Source: Bdellovibrionales bacterium RIFOXYD12_FULL_39_22 (GTDB taxonomy: Bacteria; Bdellovibrionota; Bacteriovoracia; Bacteriovoracales; Bacteriovoracaceae). From it: 55,611 nt of DNA. This document shows, one piece after another, positions 18,910 to 28,921 of this stretch. The translations under genes and the position numbers were made by a program. Below the pieces are notes generated by a model, which was given only the letters and a program-made list of their open reading frames with translations, made no database searches and was not told the DNA's origin. The stretch lies in the NCBI GenBank assembly GCA_001770205.1, contig MEQL01000010.1:1-55611 (forward strand). The letters are read 5' to 3'. Position 1 is the first letter of the stretch, and each line of letters opens with the position of its first letter.

Positions 18910-21810
18910 AATCTTATCGCTCCCCAGCGTAAAACCAGTTTGCTCTGCTAATTTTTGCATTTTTACTACGAGGTTTTTTGAGATCGGTCCAATGTGATAA
19001 CTCTCTTTTAATTCTGATAAGGCCATAATCATCGTCTCTGCGAAACAGCCATAACATTCATGCTGCTTTAAGTAGATATTAAAAATTGCATCAATAGTAG
19101 AACGTCTTCCTTTGTACTCCGGACAAAGTGCAATCCCCCCTCTGATATACTTAATATCTGGCCGAGTATTTATAATATTTTGATCAACATTAAAAGGCAC
19201 TCCTACATCAACAACAATGGCGCCATCTTTGAGATGCTCTGAAAATATTATCGGCCGCACGCTATTAGTTCCTGTAATTACCAAATCAGCGCTTTTAATA
19301 TCGTTCATATCGCAACTAACTTTAAACACACTTTTAACTTCTTCTTGTTGTAAAAAATCTAAAAGAGTTTCTGGAAAATAATTTGGCAATGCCCTAAGCT
19401 TTTCTCTTAACACCATGGCCACCGGAGAGTGGCCCGCAGAGTTAGCAATATCCATTAATATAGTTTCTAGGGCCTTTTGCATCTTGGGATTATCCGCAAT
19501 CGAGGAATGGTAGATTAATGTAATACTCCTACAATGATCAGCGATCAAAGAGGCACAGGTCGAGACAATATTTCCGGCCGCTCCGACACAGACGACTTCT
19601 GCTTGTTTAATATTTCGACCTACCTCATTAAATTTCCGCAGTGCGGCCGCAATAGTTAAAAAAGTGGTATAACTATTTCCTGAAGTTAGATTCATACCTC
19701 GTGCGTCCAAAAACTGCCCATTATTAGTTAAAATTGAACAAAAACCTCCTAATCCAACAGTAGATGCCCCTAACTCATAGGCAACATCAATGGCCGACTG
19801 AACAATTTTGACAAACTCCAAATGCTTACGAGATAAGAAAGATTGCTCTACTTCCTCCTTTAATGATTCTACCAAAATTTCCGAAACAGTAGGAAGGGCC
19901 AATAAAATGGCCTCCACCTCTTTTCCATTTTTATCATGAATATATCCTCGAAAATAATTTTTGAACTCCAAAAGAGGGGCAATTTTTTTTAATTTCTTTT
20001 TAAATGTTTCATCAGTAACTTTCGACAACGATTTAACAATCACCTTTGCCTGAAAGATATCAATCATGTGACATAAAAACACCGCCAGATTTTTTTCACC
20101 TTTAGGGCCATTGCTCAATGGACGTTCTAGAGGGGTAGCTGGTAAGATTTCATATCCAGGATAAACGTGAGAGAAAAAATATTTCATATCCTTTCGATCT
20201 AGCGCTTTCACTAAAGAGCCAATGGCCTTTATGATTAAACCACATTCTTCTTTGGTAATAAAAAGAGAAGGGGCAATGCGCAAAGTTTTCTCGGCCGACA
20301 GGGTGGGGGCAATTCTTAAATGTTCGTTGTACAAAAGGGCACTGGCGAAAAAATATCCCAACATTCCACAATCATTAAAAATTTTAAACTCATAATTTTG
20401 TTCTCCAAGTTCTTCGCGAAACTCCACTCCCAACATTAAGCATTTTCCGCGTACTTCTTTCACTATATGCGGATAATTTTTGGCAATATCTTCTAATCCC
20501 CTTTTTAAATAATCTGCTGTAACATTAAGGCCATCTATATCCATCGCAATCTTCTTTAAAAGCTGCAATGATTTAAGTCCAATTACCGACGAAAACTCAT
20601 CCTCTGCAAAAGTTGAAGTATGTAGGTAGCCAAATTCTGCAATATATTTTTCTTTAAGCATGGATGTAGCAGCGATCTTGGCCACTCCTCCTCCTAGCCC
20701 TTTTGAAAAACAATAAATATCTGCCGCCACTTGCAAGTGACTCCCGGAGGCCATCTTGCCAGTACGAAATAATCCGGCCTGAATTTCATCAAAAATAAGC
20801 AGCGTTCCACTCTGCCCACAATAATTTTTAATGGCCCTCACAAAATCTTGTTGTAAACAACGAATCCCCCCCTCTCCTTGCACTGGTTCTAAAATGAAGG
20901 CCGCAACAGCAGAGTATTGCATAGAAGTAAGAGTTATTCCCGATTTGCTTATCTGGGGAATAAAAATAATTTTTTGAAACTTCTTCCAGGCCTCTTGCAG
21001 ATGATTTAAATCGTTGCGCAAGATAAATTCTGTTTTTAATCCCAGCTGCTCTGAATAAAAATATTTTTTAAATTCAGGATTATAGCTGACGGCCAAGGAG
21101 CCAAAAGATTTACCATGGAAAGCACCTTCTAATGCCAAAAAATAGGGAAGTGCATTTAATGACTGTTCATTAAACCTAGTTAAAAAATTACAAAAATCAG
21201 TAAAGGACTTGCATTCTTGCAAAAGTGCTGGCCATGTTCCATCTAATTTGGCGGCCACTTCTTTTAATAATGAACTTAGAAGTTCGGCCCCACAACCAAA
21301 CTCGCGCTCATAAATTCTCAACTGATTAATAGCATTTAAGAATTGAATGTTTATTCGCTGATTACGGTTACGATAATAGATCAAGGCCTGCTTTAATGCG
21401 GCCTCAACTGCTTCTGTTCCAGAATTTGAAAAAGTTGTAACCCATGGGCCGGCCTTCGTCTCCAAAGAGAGCATTTCAGAAAGCTCCATCCCTAATTGCG
21501 TTGCCGCACTTCTTAGAGAGGCCTGAACATTGTTAGGAGGTAAATTCCAAATATTATCTTCAACACATTTTAAAATTTCACTGTTTTTATGCCCTAATAT
21601 ATTGGCGCCATATCCTCCAATAGCATCTAGCACTTTAACTTTTTGGCCAGAACTTTCATCTTCATATGTCAACCAATTACCCTGGCCATCAACATATTTT
21701 AAATCTAAACGCAAAACACGCAATAGATCTGAATTAAGTGGACGCAGGTACTCTCCATATAGATCTTTTAATTTCTGCCCGGGGAAATCTTTACTTTTAG
21801 TTATCTTCAT
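18895..21810 (-). CDS. Class III PLP aminotransferase fused to a C-terminal acyl-ACP/CoA thioester reductase (TamH-like fatty-amine synthase)
   Basis: N-domain: NSGTEAVEAA, GAFHGK, EPVQGEGG, FDEIQAG, FSKGLGGG. C-domain matches cyanobacterial acyl-ACP reductase motifs: GLGGFCSI, TSGNSYT, GAAGNI, CYGCFAETM. ATG 21810 with AAGGA RBS. Confidence 0.85.
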   Translation of the reverse strand: MKITKSKDFPGQKLKDLYGEYLRPLNSDLLRVLRLDLKYVDGQGNWLTYEDESSGQKVKVLDAIGGYGANILGHKNSEILKCVEDNIWNLPPNNVQASLRSAATQLGMELSEMLSLETKAGPWVTTFSNSGTEAVEAALKQALIYYRNRNQRINIQFLNAINQLRIYEREFGCGAELLSSLLKEVAAKLDGTWPALLQECKSFTDFCNFLTRFNEQSLNALPYFLALEGAFHGKSFGSLAVSYNPEFKKYFYSEQLGLKTEFILRNDLNHLQEAWKKFQKIIFIPQISKSGITLTSMQYSAVAAFILEPVQGEGGIRCLQQDFVRAIKNYCGQSGTLLIFDEIQAGLFRTGKMASGSHLQVAADIYCFSKGLGGGVAKIAATSMLKEKYIAEFGYLHTSTFAEDEFSSVIGLKSLQLLKKIAMDIDGLNVTADYLKRGLEDIAKNYPHIVKEVRGKCLMLGVEFREELGEQNYEFKIFNDCGMLGYFFASALLYNEHLRIAPTLSAEKTLRIAPSLFITKEECGLIIKAIGSLVKALDRKDMKYFFSHVYPGYEILPATPLERPLSNGPKGEKNLAVFLCHMIDIFQAKVIVKSLSKVTDETFKKKLKKIAPLLEFKNYFRGYIHDKNGKEVEAILLALPTVSEILVESLKEEVEQSFLSRKHLEFVKIVQSAIDVAYELGASTVGLGGFCSILTNNGQFLDARGMNLTSGNSYTTFLTIAAALRKFNEVGRNIKQAEVVCVGAAGNIVSTCASLIADHCRSITLIYHSSIADNPKMQKALETILMDIANSAGHSPVAMVLREKLRALPNYFPETLLDFLQQEEVKSVFKVSCDMNDIKSADLVITGTNSVRPIIFSEHLKDGAIVVDVGVPFNVDQNIINTRPDIKYIRGGIALCPEYKGRRSTIDAIFNIYLKQHECYGCFAETMIMALSELKESYHIGPISKNLVVKMQKLAEQTGFTLGSDKILDSF

Positions 21811-21837
21811 AGGTATCCTTATTTTTGTGCAACTACC

Positions 21838-21866
21838 ATTATATCCTGGCAAATTTATAGTGCCAA
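21838..21866 (-). promoter_or_regulatory. sigma70-type promoter for the TamH-like gene (TTGGCA-N17-TATAAT)
   Basis: Perfect -10, 5/6 -35 and a 17-nt spacer in the 72-bp divergent gap. Confidence 0.55.
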
Positions 21867-21882
21867 TTATTACGAGGCCAAA

Positions 21883-22728
21883 ATGGGGACAAATAAAAGT
21901 ATCATCGCATCGATCTGTGGAATTGATGGTAGTGGAAAATCCTCCCTTATCACAGAAGTAAACAAGATCATCTCACCCCAACATTCCTCAATGATTATTC
22001 GCTGTCCTCAATATTTTTTAGACCCCAATCTCCCCTTCTATTTTTTGTCATCTAAACTAGAAAAAATCGGAAAGCTTGCCGATGCCCATAAATCACCAAT
22101 CATAAAAACTAATGCCACCTTTTTGGCCTTTTCTTTACAGGGACATATTATTGAGTTTGTAAAAAGAACCTATGGCCCGCAAATTATACTTTGTGAGAGA
22201 AATAGTATAATCGATGCAATTACCTACGCTACTTTTTATCTTCCGCTGCTAGCAAATCCGGCCCAAGAGCTTACTTCGGCCCAGCGCGATCTAGATGCAA
22301 AATTAAAAAAGGAATTAGCACATTTTGATTTTTCGGACATTCATAATTGGTGTACTCACCTATTTGGAAAAAATGTGGATTTATTTAATCTGCATCAAAA
22401 AATTATTCAGACCTTCAAAGGAGATGCTAAAACTGTCTTTAATAATCTCTCTATCATCTTTTCAAATCAACTTCCCGACTTGGTGGCAGTTTTACTCTGT
22501 TCTCCAGAAGCATTAAAGATACGACATCTCAGCGAACAACGTATGGAAAAAGAGATTCATGAAGATCTTCCAATTCTTCTGTCACTTCAATCTACGCTTC
22601 AACAAGTTTGCCAAAAGTTATCAACTACCCATCAATTGATCGTTGAAGAATTTGTTACTTCGTCCACCAACCTAGAAGATTCGGCCCAGAAACTAGCGCT
22701 TAAGTTCATAAATAAACTCCGCCAATAA
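21883..22728 (+). CDS. Thymidylate-kinase-like P-loop kinase (atypical, with insertion)
   Basis: GIDGSGKSS P-loop, ILCER in place of DR, LPDLVAVL; longer than TMK. Confidence 0.7.
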   Translation: MGTNKSIIASICGIDGSGKSSLITEVNKIISPQHSSMIIRCPQYFLDPNLPFYFLSSKLEKIGKLADAHKSPIIKTNATFLAFSLQGHIIEFVKRTYGPQIILCERNSIIDAITYATFYLPLLANPAQELTSAQRDLDAKLKKELAHFDFSDIHNWCTHLFGKNVDLFNLHQKIIQTFKGDAKTVFNNLSIIFSNQLPDLVAVLLCSPEALKIRHLSEQRMEKEIHEDLPILLSLQSTLQQVCQKLSTTHQLIVEEFVTSSTNLEDSAQKLALKFINKLRQ

Positions 22729-23700
22729 GGCGGGCCGATTATGTCTATTAACAAATAAGCGATCTGATATCTCCGATATATTAAATTCAAAACTTTTTCC
22801 ATCGATCATGACGGAAGATGGATTAGTTGTTACCCTTCCTAAGGTGTAAAGCGTTGGCACCAATTTTTTAGCAAGTGATAATTTTTCTGGAGAAATAGTC
22901 AAAAGCAGTTGGTAATCTCCATGCTCGGCAATCCAAAGCAAAAGTTTGGGAATATCTCTCTTTCGGCAAAATTCTAAGGCCAAAGGATCAACCAAATTAT
23001 CCTTCCACTCTAAAGCAAAATTAAGCTTACTAAGGCCGCCCAGAATATTTAGTGATTGCAATATTCCATCACTGGTATCAATAATTGAAGTGGCCAAAGC
23101 ATTCAATGCAATTCCCTGATCTAGCTGTGCTACCGGACGAAAATTACTCTCAATAAACCAATTCCCTCCTTGTAAAAAATCTAAGGCCATGGCCGCGGCC
23201 ACTCCTGTTTTTCCTACTAAACAAACCCAATCACCATTACAAGCACCACTTCGCATAATCGGTGGATAATCAGTAACGGTGGCCGCAGAAACAATTATTG
23301 AAGTAGACTTAGATAATCCACTGTCTCCTCCTAACAAAGACACACGACAAGATGCCAGGGCATCTGCAATTCCACGATTAACCTCCATCTTGTATTTCTC
23401 TGTTTCCGCTACTCCCCACAAAGTAGAAATTAAAATTCCCTCTGGCCGAACTCCACTGGCGGCAAAATCAGAAAGACATCCCATAACACTAATCCATCCC
23501 ATAGTATAAGGTTCACGATATAGACCAAATAAGATTTCATCGCTAACAGAATCAATGTTAGATATAAGAAATTTACCGGATGATAGTTTTAAAATTTCAC
23601 AGTCTGATTGATTAAAATGATTATATTGTAGTGGCGATCGCGGCTGGGCCCCTAAAATTCTACTAATTTCTTCGGCCTCCCTATTTAGCACTAGAGACAT
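22693..23700 (-). CDS. ThiL-like (PurM/AIRS-fold) kinase
   Basis: NIDSVSDE, LSDFAASG, LLGGD, RSGA, IDTSDG, GDYQLLLT. Confidence 0.8.
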   Translation of the reverse strand: MSLVLNREAEEISRILGAQPRSPLQYNHFNQSDCEILKLSSGKFLISNIDSVSDEILFGLYREPYTMGWISVMGCLSDFAASGVRPEGILISTLWGVAETEKYKMEVNRGIADALASCRVSLLGGDSGLSKSTSIIVSAATVTDYPPIMRSGACNGDWVCLVGKTGVAAAMALDFLQGGNWFIESNFRPVAQLDQGIALNALATSIIDTSDGILQSLNILGGLSKLNFALEWKDNLVDPLALEFCRKRDIPKLLLWIAEHGDYQLLLTISPEKLSLAKKLVPTLYTLGRVTTNPSSVMIDGKSFEFNISEISDRLFVNRHNRPALLAEFIYELKR

Positions 23701-24314
23701 AAAATTTTCTCCACTAATTGTAAAACCTCACTTTGTACCTGTTCAAGAGATTGATTAGCATCTACAACATGCCAATCTTTTTTAATTAACTTGTTCCAAA
23801 AAAATTGCATTTTCCGCTGTCCTTCTAAGAACTTTGCCTGTACATCAACTTCTTCTTGCGCTCCTCCTCGCTCATAACGACTAATTGTCGTTTTTCGTGC
23901 TAACGCTATATTTTCATCTAGCTTTAAATATATTACCTCATCAGGAGGATCAAACAAGGCCGCACCTTGCACTAATTTATCAAAGTCATTACCATAACAA
24001 GCTTCCGAAACAGCATACTTATACCAATATCCATCAGAAATTATTAATTGAGGACCTTTTTCCACACATGCCTGATATGCTCGACTAACACAGTGATATA
24101 AAAAAAAGGCCCGTGACTTAGACGAACACTGCGAAAGGTAGAGTTGAATACCATCTCGAGAATCAAACTTAAAATTAGAATTAACTTTCAAAATTATCGG
24201 CAATGCATCCCAAGGAGATGAGATCGCTACTGGCACTTTTAAATGTCCTTGTAAAAATTTACAATGAGTTGATTTACCAGTTCCATCCCCACCAGTTATC
24301 ACGATATGTTTCAC
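23691..24314 (-). CDS. Thymidylate-kinase-like P-loop kinase
   Basis: GGDGTGKST, ISDGY in place of DR, PPDEVIYL, VVDANQSLEQV. Confidence 0.8.
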   Translation of the reverse strand: MKHIVITGGDGTGKSTHCKFLQGHLKVPVAISSPWDALPIILKVNSNFKFDSRDGIQLYLSQCSSKSRAFFLYHCVSRAYQACVEKGPQLIISDGYWYKYAVSEACYGNDFDKLVQGAALFDPPDEVIYLKLDENIALARKTTISRYERGGAQEEVDVQAKFLEGQRKMQFFWNKLIKKDWHVVDANQSLEQVQSEVLQLVEKILCL

Positions 24315-25036
24315 ATCGACTCCTTATTCGCTTGCTCCAATAAAGATTGAAGTCTACTAAAATCTCCAAAATGCAAATATTCAGAAATAGGCCAGGATCT
24401 TTTTGACTTGGATAAAATAAAAGTAGCAATCTGTTCATTGGCCGCTGCCCCATCTTTTTTAAAATTATCACCAATCATTAAAACTTCACTCGCCTCTAGG
24501 TCTAATTTTTCGAGTAGTTCCTTGAAATAGTGCTGACTTGGCTTGGTATAATGCATATTACCACTATGCGAGATAAAGCTAAAAATCCCCGGTTTTATTT
24601 TACCCCACGAAAGACGCAATAAAACTAATTCCAGTGGCCAAACCGGGTTAGTTGCTAAAACTAAATTATAACGCCCCTCTGCCCACTTAATAAATTCCAA
24701 GGCCGGAGCAATGGGAGTAAAAAGTTTTTTCAGGGAAGAAAAAACCGAAGTAGTACACTCAAAATATAAACCAGCGGCATCCTCCGCTGACATATTTGTC
24801 TGTGCGCCTAAGGCCAAAATGGCCCGTTCAACATTAAAAGAATTATTACCCTCCGTTTGCTCTAATGCTTTTTTAGAGTTTTCCAAAATCTCCAAACCCT
24901 GCCAAAAAGTTATCTTCTTTCTTTTTAAAAAAATTATAGCTTTAATAATAAATAGTGGCCGCAAAAGAAAACTATGCGCCAGTAAAGTTCCATCCAAATC
25001 AATAAACAAAGTTTTTACTTTTTTTAAATTATTCAT
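24311..25036 (-). CDS. HAD-superfamily hydrolase/phosphatase
   Basis: DLDGT motif I, LATNP, KP, IGDNFKKD motif IV. Confidence 0.88.
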   Translation of the reverse strand: MNNLKKVKTLFIDLDGTLLAHSFLLRPLFIIKAIIFLKRKKITFWQGLEILENSKKALEQTEGNNSFNVERAILALGAQTNMSAEDAAGLYFECTTSVFSSLKKLFTPIAPALEFIKWAEGRYNLVLATNPVWPLELVLLRLSWGKIKPGIFSFISHSGNMHYTKPSQHYFKELLEKLDLEASEVLMIGDNFKKDGAAANEQIATFILSKSKRSWPISEYLHFGDFSRLQSLLEQANKESM

Positions 25037-27548
25037 CGATCATCTCAACAGATCCAGTATATCCATTCATACGAACTTTTCTCCCGTTTTTAATTTTGGA
25101 AGTAACTCCTTGTAAGTCAGTAATGGCCACCAAATTATATTGTCTGGCCGAAACAAATCCATGTGAAAGGAGTCCTCCACTTGCACTGAGAATTCCCTTA
25201 ATCCGAGGATAAATAACTGTAAAAATCGGATTAGGAGAATCAATAACCATGATACAACCTTCCGGCATTGTTTCAAAATCGGCCACCGTCTTTACAATAT
25301 GCACAATCCCTTCTACTTCTCCGGCAATTACGGGAGTCCCTTTCCAAAAGGCCTTACCCAAATTTTGAGAAGTCAACTCTTGTGGCCTTGGGGAAAAAAG
25401 AGTAAAAGGGGCCTTGTCCACATCAATCCTGGCAAATTCTCTAGCGCGTTTTTCCAAAAAACAAGAAATATTATATTTATCTTCCAAAGATAAATAATGC
25501 TTAAACTCTTCCAAAGTAAAATGAAAAATGTGATTACGATCTTTGATATGCGCACTCTTTAACAGTTGATCGCCGGCCGCAAAAAGAAGTGCCCGGGAAG
25601 GAGATATTAATTTCCCCGAAAAAAAATGCTGCTCATCATCCAACTCCATAAATTTTTTAACTCTAAAAATCACCTCTCTAATTTGGCCTTGCAAGTGAGA
25701 AGGAAACAAAGTCAAAAAGTTCTTTAGCTCTTCCGCATAATTATTGTTATTGGCCAAGCTCTCTGCCCGATTACGGCCATGAAGAGACGCCAAAATAATC
25801 GGGGCCAATTGTGAAGGTTGCTCTTTCCAAGTAGGAACTGCCAAATCCCAAGAAGTAGTGTTGTGGCCATAAGCAGCTAAAAACTGCTCCCATTTATCAA
25901 ACACGGACTGATTCAAAACCTTGGCGGCCGATTGTGCCATAGTAGCATCAGAAGAGATCGCTAATTTTTCCAGAAAAGTATCAACACTTTTATCCTCTTT
26001 TAATAAACTAATTAGTTCCAAATATTCCGTGCCCAATCGCATGGTGATATTATCAGCATATGGAGAGAGGACGGCCATTAATCTATCCATACCTACCCCA
26101 TAAACACGGGCCATACTCGATAGCATTTTAAAATATGAATCCTTTATTAAATAAATTAATAAATCATTTTTTAACAAATGCTCGGAGATAGAATTCATTT
26201 TAGAGAAAAGGGCCACAATCTGTGAATAACTGGACTTTTTAACTCTTTCAATTTCTTGCTCTATTGCCCCAATTTTATCAGTTGTCTTGTCCACTAACTG
26301 CCGCCAACTATTTTCAATATCGAGGGCAACATCAGCTAATAGTAAATCTAATATTTTTAATTTCCTCCGCACCAAGGCCTTGGGACTCCAGACACAAAAA
26401 AGTGAAAAAAAAAGTTGTGCAACGAGTTTCCAAAAAAACAATTTACTAGGCACAATAAAATGGCCCCAGGCAATCTGAACTCCTCGAGGATAATTAAAAA
26501 AATTAGGATCAGAATAGATCACTCCATTAAATCTAATTGCTACATCTTCTGGCGATTTAACCACAATTCCCAAACGCTCTCGCAATGTATTTAAATTTAA
26601 ATACATTGCCTCTTTTAGAGATGACCATCCTAACAGCGTCATTTTATCTGGATAGCGCTCCAAAGTTACCTGGCGGGACCAGACTCTTTGGCCATCAAGC
26701 TTATACGCCAACGTAATCTCTTCGCTAACAATGGGCCGTACTTGAACTATGTAAAGCATCCCCTTTGCTATAAGCCACTCAATATCTACCGGAAAATTAA
26801 ATCTCTCTTCTAATTGATGTGCTGTCAAAAATAATCTGCCAAAAGAGACTCTTAATGAATCAGGTAGACTGATAAATTCTGGAGAATTTTCTAAAATAGT
26901 TATTCCTGATTTTTTGCCGCTGACTAACCTTTCCGCGTTGCCCTTAATATACTCCAGATAACACCTGGCCCTTGTCGGATTTAAGGGGAAACGAGAAAAA
27001 ACAACACCTGAAAACTCTGCTGTCATATATGGCTGAACAATCACTCCGGGAGTGAATTTAATTGGATCAACCCCGGCCTGCAAACAGGCAAAAAGATTTT
27101 CTTTTTTATAGGCAGATAAAATAACTTTCTTAAAGGCTGCTTCCATTTCGAAGGCGTTGTTTGCTACAATGGAATCAAAAATTCCCGCAAAAGAGCTTTC
27201 TGACGAATCTTCCAAACTCATACTTGAACGAAATATAAGTGGAAACTTTTTAAATAACTCATCCTCAAAAAAGCAATCCGGCAATTTGGCCTTATTCAGG
27301 TTATGACGGAAGATGGCCGACTCCTCCAACTCACCTGTTAGTGGCCAAGTTTGCTGAGGAGATCTCCATACTTTAACTAAACAATCGTATCCTTCTATAG
27401 AGCTTATCCACTTTGCTAGTGAGGATAAAGATATAGAATAGGTTTCAGGCCAACGAATCTTTTTGAAAGAGGCAAGTTTGGCAAGAAAGTTTCCCTTTCC
27501 TCCTTTGTCAGTATCAAATGTCTTGGTGCCTATTTTTTCCCAGCGCAA
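25029..27548 (-). CDS. PEP-utilising dikinase-type enzyme (RPH/PigC architecture), copy 1
   Basis: GGKG, RSSMSLEDS…SFAG, DIEW, VQVRPI; central YGH…W…PTWKE; C-terminal swivel GGLLSHG with His; no PEP-binding TIM barrel. TTG start. Confidence 0.85.
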   Translation of the reverse strand: MRWEKIGTKTFDTDKGGKGNFLAKLASFKKIRWPETYSISLSSLAKWISSIEGYDCLVKVWRSPQQTWPLTGELEESAIFRHNLNKAKLPDCFFEDELFKKFPLIFRSSMSLEDSSESSFAGIFDSIVANNAFEMEAAFKKVILSAYKKENLFACLQAGVDPIKFTPGVIVQPYMTAEFSGVVFSRFPLNPTRARCYLEYIKGNAERLVSGKKSGITILENSPEFISLPDSLRVSFGRLFLTAHQLEERFNFPVDIEWLIAKGMLYIVQVRPIVSEEITLAYKLDGQRVWSRQVTLERYPDKMTLLGWSSLKEAMYLNLNTLRERLGIVVKSPEDVAIRFNGVIYSDPNFFNYPRGVQIAWGHFIVPSKLFFWKLVAQLFFSLFCVWSPKALVRRKLKILDLLLADVALDIENSWRQLVDKTTDKIGAIEQEIERVKKSSYSQIVALFSKMNSISEHLLKNDLLIYLIKDSYFKMLSSMARVYGVGMDRLMAVLSPYADNITMRLGTEYLELISLLKEDKSVDTFLEKLAISSDATMAQSAAKVLNQSVFDKWEQFLAAYGHNTTSWDLAVPTWKEQPSQLAPIILASLHGRNRAESLANNNNYAEELKNFLTLFPSHLQGQIREVIFRVKKFMELDDEQHFFSGKLISPSRALLFAAGDQLLKSAHIKDRNHIFHFTLEEFKHYLSLEDKYNISCFLEKRAREFARIDVDKAPFTLFSPRPQELTSQNLGKAFWKGTPVIAGEVEGIVHIVKTVADFETMPEGCIMVIDSPNPIFTVIYPRIKGILSASGGLLSHGFVSARQYNLVAITDLQGVTSKIKNGRKVRMNGYTGSVEMIDE

Positions 27549-27550
27549 AT

Positions 27551-28912
27551 CTACTCCAACATTTTTAAAAGTCGAAAGTGAGGATGATCTTTCAGCGAAA
27601 CACCATCTTGGATAAAAGGATATTTAATAATTATTTTAAAACAATTTATAATATTAATGGCCGTCATAATTGTTAACGCCAACATTCCATGATCTAAGGC
27701 CATAGCATGCCAAATCAAAAACACAAACTTTCGATGGCCAACAACCTTTTGCCACCAAGAACGCCACTCAATGACTCCATAAATTCTTCTCGCCTCCAAG
27801 TCATCAGGAAAAAGAAGTTCCTGCCAAGTTTTTACAATGGCACCTACTTTCTCCGAAGCTAGAGAAGAGAAACGATGAATCACAAAGTATTTTTCAAGTT
27901 TTGCCGCAAAGGTTGAACGCGAACGCAAAAGCAATGCTCTGTTTTTAGATCTTTTCTCTGTGTCTCTAACAGTAGAGCTAAGAGCGCGCTCCTTGGCCCA
28001 CTCTCTAATTCGCTCCGGGAAGGAAAAAGGAATTAACGCATCTGCCAAAGTCAAAACACGATACACCGAATTCCATGCCTGGCCATAATCAACAATTTTT
28101 TTAAATTTATCCCAATCAACTGGCCGTGTTGCGTTGCGAACTAAATTTGAAACGTCGGCCAACTCTCGCAGACCAATTTTATAAAACGGCAAATGAATGG
28201 CCAGATGATATAGATTGTCTTCTAATGACATCGACCACAACGTGATACCTTGATGATCAAACGATTCTAACTCAGAAAAGATTCTACTTATTTCCGTTTT
28301 ATATGGAGAATATGGAGAAGCTAAATCCCAATGAAGTCCAGTAACACAATCTAAATTACTACTGACATAAGGAGAAGTATGGTGTGTTTTTCCAGCATCC
28401 AATTCACCAAACAACTCTCCCACCGATTTTAAATTTAATTCTCTAAATATTTTTTTTCCCTCTTCAATGTTTTTCTTTTCAATAAGTAAATCAATATCAT
28501 TCATCTTTTTATAATTTTCATTACGATAAATTCTCTTGGAAAACAGGGCCCCTTTTAACAGCACCAATTTAATTCCTCTTTGCGCAAAAGCACGGTATAT
28601 CTCCAACCCTTTGGCCGCTCGTTTACCATTATTTACACTAATTGAATCAATCAATTGTAAAAAGGGAGTTAAATCTACTCGTTTCTTTCGAATATGATCT
28701 AAAACTTCTAGTCTCACTAATTTTAAAAAAACCATGGGAATAACTGCATTAAATTGGGCCAACTCTAGTAACAAATTCCACTGCTCATATTCCAAGCACA
28801 ATACCAGCCTTTGCGCTCTTTGTTGCTCTTCTTCGCTCCAATGGGCAATGGCCATCAAACAGAGCAATTCCTCAACCGGTATATTTATATTTGCTACGTC
28901 GTTTATCATCAA
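27551..28912 (-). CDS. Nucleotidyltransferase family protein (NTP_transf_5-like)
   Basis: LLKGA…Y…KMNDIDLLI, LHW, LRELADV…VDW. Confidence 0.8.
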   Translation of the reverse strand: MMINDVANINIPVEELLCLMAIAHWSEEEQQRAQRLVLCLEYEQWNLLLELAQFNAVIPMVFLKLVRLEVLDHIRKKRVDLTPFLQLIDSISVNNGKRAAKGLEIYRAFAQRGIKLVLLKGALFSKRIYRNENYKKMNDIDLLIEKKNIEEGKKIFRELNLKSVGELFGELDAGKTHHTSPYVSSNLDCVTGLHWDLASPYSPYKTEISRIFSELESFDHQGITLWSMSLEDNLYHLAIHLPFYKIGLRELADVSNLVRNATRPVDWDKFKKIVDYGQAWNSVYRVLTLADALIPFSFPERIREWAKERALSSTVRDTEKRSKNRALLLRSRSTFAAKLEKYFVIHRFSSLASEKVGAIVKTWQELLFPDDLEARRIYGVIEWRSWWQKVVGHRKFVFLIWHAMALDHGMLALTIMTAINIINCFKIIIKYPFIQDGVSLKDHPHFRLLKMLE

Positions 28913-28921
28913 AATAAAGTC

